A stretch of DNA of 62,581 bases from Promethearchaeota archaeon (GTDB taxonomy: Archaea; Asgardarchaeota; Hermodarchaeia; Hermodarchaeales; Hermodarchaeaceae). Shown in pieces: positions 57,959 to 62,581 of this stretch. Positions within the stretch are counted from its first letter, which is position 1, and the number at the start of each line of letters is the position of its first letter. The notes under the pieces are model-generated. The model was not told the origin of the DNA. It was given only the letters and a program-made list of their open reading frames with translations, and ran no database searches. Location of the stretch: assembly GCA_048939625.1 (NCBI GenBank), contig JBHLPH010000011.1, forward strand, positions 1-62,581, written 5' to 3'. The position numbers and the translations under genes were made by a program.

Positions 57959-58789
57959 ATGATGATCATGTCAGTCTCAGAAGCAGCAGAACGCCTCCGT
58001 CAACTCGGGCTAACTGAGTACGAATCACAGGCATATCTCGTTCTTGTTGAAGGGGCTAAAATGAATGCGGAAGAAGTAGCCCGAAAAGCAAATATTCCAA
58101 TTCCCAGAGTTTATGGTGTTTTAGAAAACCTTCGCGACATGGGATTAATAGTTATCATAGAAGGAAGACCAAAGAAATTTGAAATCCTGAGCCCAGAAGA
58201 AGGTTTTCAGAATCTACTCAAGATAAGAAAACGTTCTGTTGAACAATCAATTCGTCAACTTGAATTGACAAGTCAAGAAGTCAAAGAAGTTCTCTCTCCA
58301 ATATTTTGGCGTGAAAGGCTTCGAATAAAACCCGAGGATCTCCTTGAATCATTAGAAAATTTAGCCCTAACTGAGAAACAAACTAAGAAACTAATTACTG
58401 AGGCTGAAAAAACACTTGACATCTTCACAGATATATTTAGTTGGTTTGACGAAGTCGAAAAGGATTTGAAAAAGGCACTGGCAAGGGGAGTAAAAATTCG
58501 TATTCTAATGAATATGGAACATCCAATCACACATCATGTAGTCGAAAAACTAAAATCAATGAAAGCTGGGGTTCGCCAACCTTCAGATTTAAAATTTCCA
58601 GTTCGAGGTACATTAGCTGATTCCTCAAAAGTAGTCTTTCTAATTTGGGCTTCTCCTCAACGAAATCGTGGACATCCGAGATATGTATACAGACCCAGCT
58701 TTTCAGCAAACGAGGGCATTGTCGCGATATTTCAACAAAGCTTCGAATACCGATGGCAAAAAGGAAAATCTAAACCTTTGGTGAAGTGA
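57959..58789 (+). CDS. TrmB-family transcriptional regulator
   Basis: LGLTEYESQAY...IPIPRVYGVL...GRPKKF; C-terminal effector domain (RGVKIRIL). Confidence 0.93.
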   Translation: MMIMSVSEAAERLRQLGLTEYESQAYLVLVEGAKMNAEEVARKANIPIPRVYGVLENLRDMGLIVIIEGRPKKFEILSPEEGFQNLLKIRKRSVEQSIRQLELTSQEVKEVLSPIFWRERLRIKPEDLLESLENLALTEKQTKKLITEAEKTLDIFTDIFSWFDEVEKDLKKALARGVKIRILMNMEHPITHHVVEKLKSMKAGVRQPSDLKFPVRGTLADSSKVVFLIWASPQRNRGHPRYVYRPSFSANEGIVAIFQQSFEYRWQKGKSKPLVK

Positions 58790-60161
58790 CTACACGCGAA
58801 TTCTTCATTTCATATCTGAAATAAATTCGGGTTGAATTGTACCACAACGTCAACCAACCAAATACAAATAGGAACCCAACAACAGGCCACCAAAGACTCT
58901 GGAAATAGTTTAATAGATAATCCAATAAAGCGAATCCCGCCATCCCAAGCGCCCAAACCCCTATCATTATCGCTACTAGACCTGATAACCGTAACCCTAA
59001 CTGATCTTTCTTCCGAAGAATCAAATAAACACCCAGAATTAGCAGGGCTGGAACCAGAATTAAAACAATGGAAAACGGCCACGAAATGATTATGCCTGGA
59101 GTAAAGGGAACTAAAAATACGGTTAAAATTGCTAGGGTACTACTAGCAAGTGTTAGAATGGCTAATGATAAAGTAATTTGTTGTTCGGTTAATGGCCCTC
59201 TTGCGACGACGAGACGAGTTAAGGTGAGAGGTGCATTCGCATCGCCAGAAGCTGCTAAAGTTCCCTCTTCTTGAAACACGGTTGGTCTGGCTTTCATCTG
59301 GCGCCTTTCGAGCAAACCACCAATACTTACTAGACTATAAAACGCATTCATAATTGCTGGTAGGAGTGCCATGATCGCCACAATTTCCAATCGTCCCATA
59401 ATTGCGGTGGTTCCAATAGCCGCTCCCACCAGAAGAGAACCAGTATCACCTGCAAAAACTTTGGCAGGAAATCGATTGTAGTAATAGTAAGCGAAAAGAG
59501 TTCCTATCATTATACAAGAAAATAGAAGCCCTAAACCCGCCTCTGCAATCCCGATGAGCATCATAAAGATTGACACGATAAGAAGGGCAATGAACATAAT
59601 AATCGTTGTAAGGGGCATAACGCCGTTAAAGACATCAGACATATTCACCGCGTTAGAAGTGATAGCAATTGCCAGGGGAATAAGGATTAGAGGATACACT
59701 ATGGTTAACCGAGTTGCTCCTAGGAACGGTAGATATGGCGCAGGAACATACGCAGGCAGGAAGGGAGGAATTAGTCCTAGACTCCATGTGTAGAATAGAA
59801 TTGGTAGACATGCTAACATAGTCAGAAGTGGTTTAACTTTTGGTCCTAAAGCCTTCAAATCATCAATTATTCCAATTAAACCAGCGATAAGAAGAACAGC
59901 AAGAAATACTAGAATTCGCGTATCAAAGAAACCTATACCAATGAATCCTGAAATTAGAAATAGAACCAAACACGCTATCGTAACACCAAGAAGGATTCCC
60001 AAGCCACCCATTTCTGCGACTTCAGGTTTATCCAACTTATGTACATCAATTCCAACAATACCTCTTCGTCTCATTGCCTTAATGATATAAGGCATTACCA
60101 CGAAGGTCACTATGAAAGCTACAAACAGCCCAATTAGAGCTAAATAGAGAATTTGAGTCAC
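58770..60161 (-). CDS. MraY/GPT-family UDP-GlcNAc:dolichol-phosphate GlcNAc-1-P transferase (AglH/ALG7-like)
   Basis: GIDVHK...EMGG, GIIDD, NAVNMSDVFNG, PAKVFAGDTG. Confidence 0.88.
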   Translation of the reverse strand: MTQILYLALIGLFVAFIVTFVVMPYIIKAMRRRGIVGIDVHKLDKPEVAEMGGLGILLGVTIACLVLFLISGFIGIGFFDTRILVFLAVLLIAGLIGIIDDLKALGPKVKPLLTMLACLPILFYTWSLGLIPPFLPAYVPAPYLPFLGATRLTIVYPLILIPLAIAITSNAVNMSDVFNGVMPLTTIIMFIALLIVSIFMMLIGIAEAGLGLLFSCIMIGTLFAYYYYNRFPAKVFAGDTGSLLVGAAIGTTAIMGRLEIVAIMALLPAIMNAFYSLVSIGGLLERRQMKARPTVFQEEGTLAASGDANAPLTLTRLVVARGPLTEQQITLSLAILTLASSTLAILTVFLVPFTPGIIISWPFSIVLILVPALLILGVYLILRKKDQLGLRLSGLVAIMIGVWALGMAGFALLDYLLNYFQSLWWPVVGFLFVFGWLTLWYNSTRIYFRYEMKNSRVVTSPKV

Positions 60162-60276
60162 TGTTCACTAGCCTCTAGGTCCATTAGGGGTAATCTCAGT
60201 CAAACTCGTATGCTCCTTAAAAAGTCATTTGTACACTTCTACGAAGGGGGGTAGAAATTAAATACAGTATCCTAAG

Positions 60277-62496
60277 ATGCACTGTATCAAGGGAGGATAC
60301 TGTTTGCCAGAGCTTGATCGACTTGACCAAATTCCAGGTGTAGGACCACGACTTGCACAGAAGCTAATTGATATTTTCGGATCAGAAGCGGTCGCACTCA
60401 ATATCATAGTGAATGCGCAAGTTGCAACGCTTGCAGGTATACCTGGAGTTGGAAAGAAAAAAGCATTAGACATCGTCCAAGAGGCTTATGCTCTTCGAGA
60501 AGGGATTAGTGCCTTTGAAGTGTTGAAAACCAAGGATATCCAGGAAATCTATACACGAATTCTCACAATTATTCAGTCTTATGCAAATAGCATGTTTGCC
60601 AAGGACAAACTCTCACTCTATTATCCCCTTCCATCATCAAAAATAGAAATTATAAACAAAAGGCTTCAATGGTTTCAACAAGCAGAAGAACTGGTGAAAA
60701 AAAGCAACCAGACTCAACTCGATCAATTAGGTCAGCTTCTCTCTAATGCTAGACCCCTTCGACGGGGTACAAATCTCTCCTTAGCTACATGGAGAGTGAT
60801 TTTAACCGATAACGAAACCGCATACCAGCAACTCAAGGAATATGGTGCTGATAAGACTTCAAGAATTATACAACTGAAACCGGGTGAACGATTAGACGAA
60901 TATCTCCAATCATATGACTATGTAATCGCCTCACTTGAAATGGGTGGTGTTAGTGGTATCGCAGAACACGCAGGAAACCTCGATATACTCAAAAGCGAGT
61001 TTAGCGTTGCAGATGTTTCTCCTGAATCGATCATCTCTTTCTATGCAACAAACCACGAAACGATTCTTGCCATATGTACTGCTGCTAAAGCAATGAGTAA
61101 ACTCCCATCTACACCAGCTATCCAAGCATTCACTAACAAAATTGACCTTCTTGCACTAGATAACTTAGTCGAGCTTGTTGGAAAGATTACAGGAACTGGA
61201 GACCTTTCTATCGGCGCCGATGCAGATTATGATCGCCTCCGTTCGGCATCACAGACATTTGAGACTAAAGTGAGTGAAACTGAAATATGGGCCAATGATA
61301 AGATTCGAGATGAAATCTCTAGTAGCCAAGTTGTACTTGAAGGGGATCAGATCATAAATATTCTCGAAGCAACAACCTCGGAAGCAATTGGAGCAGAACA
61401 ACTTCGGCAATATCTTCCTCCACAAGTTTTTGATATTCTAATATCCGCTTTGCAAGAAGCTGAGGACCACCTAGCCCAGACACTTCAATTGAAACGAAAT
61501 GAACTTGAGTGGGTCGATGGGATTTTTTCCCAAAGCGTCTCCCTCCCAATTCAAGCAAACCGGCAACAAACAAGTAGCTTACAAAATAACCTAAGAACAG
61601 CAATGCATTCGCACGAGCACAAACTCAAAACTGAAATTGCCAAGAAGTTAATTCAATTCGAACAGCCAATAACAGAAGCAGTTCAAACACTATTAGATTT
61701 CGACGTGTTCCAAGCAATTGGCCAGTTCGCTCGAGATTACAAACTATCTGTGCCTTCAATTAATCCCAATACCGTTGGAATTGCATTCCAGGATGGTCGA
61801 AATATTTTCCTCATGCATGAATCATTACAAAATACGTTGAAAGTGGTACCTGTCTCTTATGTCATTGGAAGAAACGGATGGGCTCCTGAAGCAACGAATG
61901 GGGAACGTGTTGTGCTGTTGTCTGGTGCAAATAGTGGCGGCAAAAGTTGCTTGCTACAATGCGTAGCACAAGTAGCAATATTAGCACAAATGGGCATGCT
62001 CGTTCCCGCATCTAAAGCGGAAGTGGGAATTTTCGATGAACTATATTATTACGCCAAAGCAACCGGGATGCTTTCTGCAGGAGCTTTTGAATCTTCGCTA
62101 AATAATTTAGCCAATATAGTTCTTAGTGACGCATCCAAGCTAGCCTGCTTTGATGAATGGGAAGCAAGTACTGAACCCGGAGCCGCGGCAAAGGTCGTTG
62201 CTGCAATTCTTGAGCTCTTCTCAGAGAATCCAAATTCCTGTGTAATCTTTGTATCGCATTTAGCCGAAGATATCACGGAATTAACCCGGGTTCCAATTCG
62301 TGTAGATGGAATCGAAGCATCAGGATTAGATCCGCAACTTAATCTAATTGTCAACCGTTCACCACAATTTGGAAAAATCGCGAAATCAACACCCGAACTT
62401 ATAGTAGAACGGCTCTATCGTTCAACGAAAGATCAAAGACAAAAGATATTCCAAAGGATACTTGAACTTGTTAGAGGGTCTGAGACTAGCAACTAA
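60277..62496 (+). CDS. Archaeal MutS-family ATPase with N-terminal HhH motifs (MutS5-like); probable start TTG 60304
   Basis: IPGVGPRLA and IPGVGKKKA HhH motifs, SGANSGGKS, AGAFES, DEWEASTEPGAA, FVSHL. Confidence 0.9.
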   Translation: MHCIKGGYCLPELDRLDQIPGVGPRLAQKLIDIFGSEAVALNIIVNAQVATLAGIPGVGKKKALDIVQEAYALREGISAFEVLKTKDIQEIYTRILTIIQSYANSMFAKDKLSLYYPLPSSKIEIINKRLQWFQQAEELVKKSNQTQLDQLGQLLSNARPLRRGTNLSLATWRVILTDNETAYQQLKEYGADKTSRIIQLKPGERLDEYLQSYDYVIASLEMGGVSGIAEHAGNLDILKSEFSVADVSPESIISFYATNHETILAICTAAKAMSKLPSTPAIQAFTNKIDLLALDNLVELVGKITGTGDLSIGADADYDRLRSASQTFETKVSETEIWANDKIRDEISSSQVVLEGDQIINILEATTSEAIGAEQLRQYLPPQVFDILISALQEAEDHLAQTLQLKRNELEWVDGIFSQSVSLPIQANRQQTSSLQNNLRTAMHSHEHKLKTEIAKKLIQFEQPITEAVQTLLDFDVFQAIGQFARDYKLSVPSINPNTVGIAFQDGRNIFLMHESLQNTLKVVPVSYVIGRNGWAPEATNGERVVLLSGANSGGKSCLLQCVAQVAILAQMGMLVPASKAEVGIFDELYYYAKATGMLSAGAFESSLNNLANIVLSDASKLACFDEWEASTEPGAAAKVVAAILELFSENPNSCVIFVSHLAEDITELTRVPIRVDGIEASGLDPQLNLIVNRSPQFGKIAKSTPELIVERLYRSTKDQRQKIFQRILELVRGSETSN

Positions 62497-62581
62497 GAGA
62501 TTGCAATCGGGTTATTCCATCGACTTCTAAAATAAATTCAGCGACAACACTTGGCACTAACGATTTCCATTCTTCTCCTTG
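62486..62581 (-). CDS. nadM: C-terminal fragment of nicotinamide-nucleotide adenylyltransferase; 5' part lies outside the window
   Basis: Translates as QGEEWKSLVPSVVAEFILEVDGITRLQSLSC*, matching the typical W..LVP..V...I..(I/V).G..RL ending. Confidence 0.7.
   Translation of the reverse strand, partial: QGEEWKSLVPSVVAEFILEVDGITRLQSLSC

Noticed and set aside
60236-60253. ACGAAGGGGGG resembling an ORB G-string
   Set aside because: Lacks the TTCCAGTGGAAA core and is isolated.
60-62354. Numerous 60-170 aa ORFs nested in or antisense to recognised genes
   Set aside because: Shadow ORFs with no motifs, overlapping well-supported CDSs.

Overview
Core-chromosome window from an archaeon, most likely Asgard. 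This is inferred from ribophorin I and OSTC/DC2 homologues, a Roadblock plus small-GTPase operon, Rpo8, eS25 and a diphthamide-less EF-2 paralogue. The left part holds a replication origin: PolD DP1, cdc6/orc1, four ORB elements and two wHTH genes, followed by XPD, RadB-like, a second cdc6 and RFC. The rest carries thiol:fumarate reductase and fumarase genes, cdrS-ftsZ next to a Tad/Flp pilus locus, three intron-containing tRNAs and an N-glycosylation cluster. Two observations stand out. (1) The EF-2 paralogue gene is interrupted in its RGIT motif by a 31-nt insertion (25995-26025) with bulge-helix-bulge geometry. Removing it at the tRNA-endonuclease cut positions restores the frame exactly, so it is a candidate tRNA-type intron in an mRNA. 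(2) An ExeA-like AAA+ ATPase and a ribbon-helix-helix gene near oriC are surrounded by seven tandem arrays of the 9-bp motif TTCAWTGAA, a candidate new chromosome-partition or origin-organising system. All protein assignments come from motif recognition by eye; no database searches were run.
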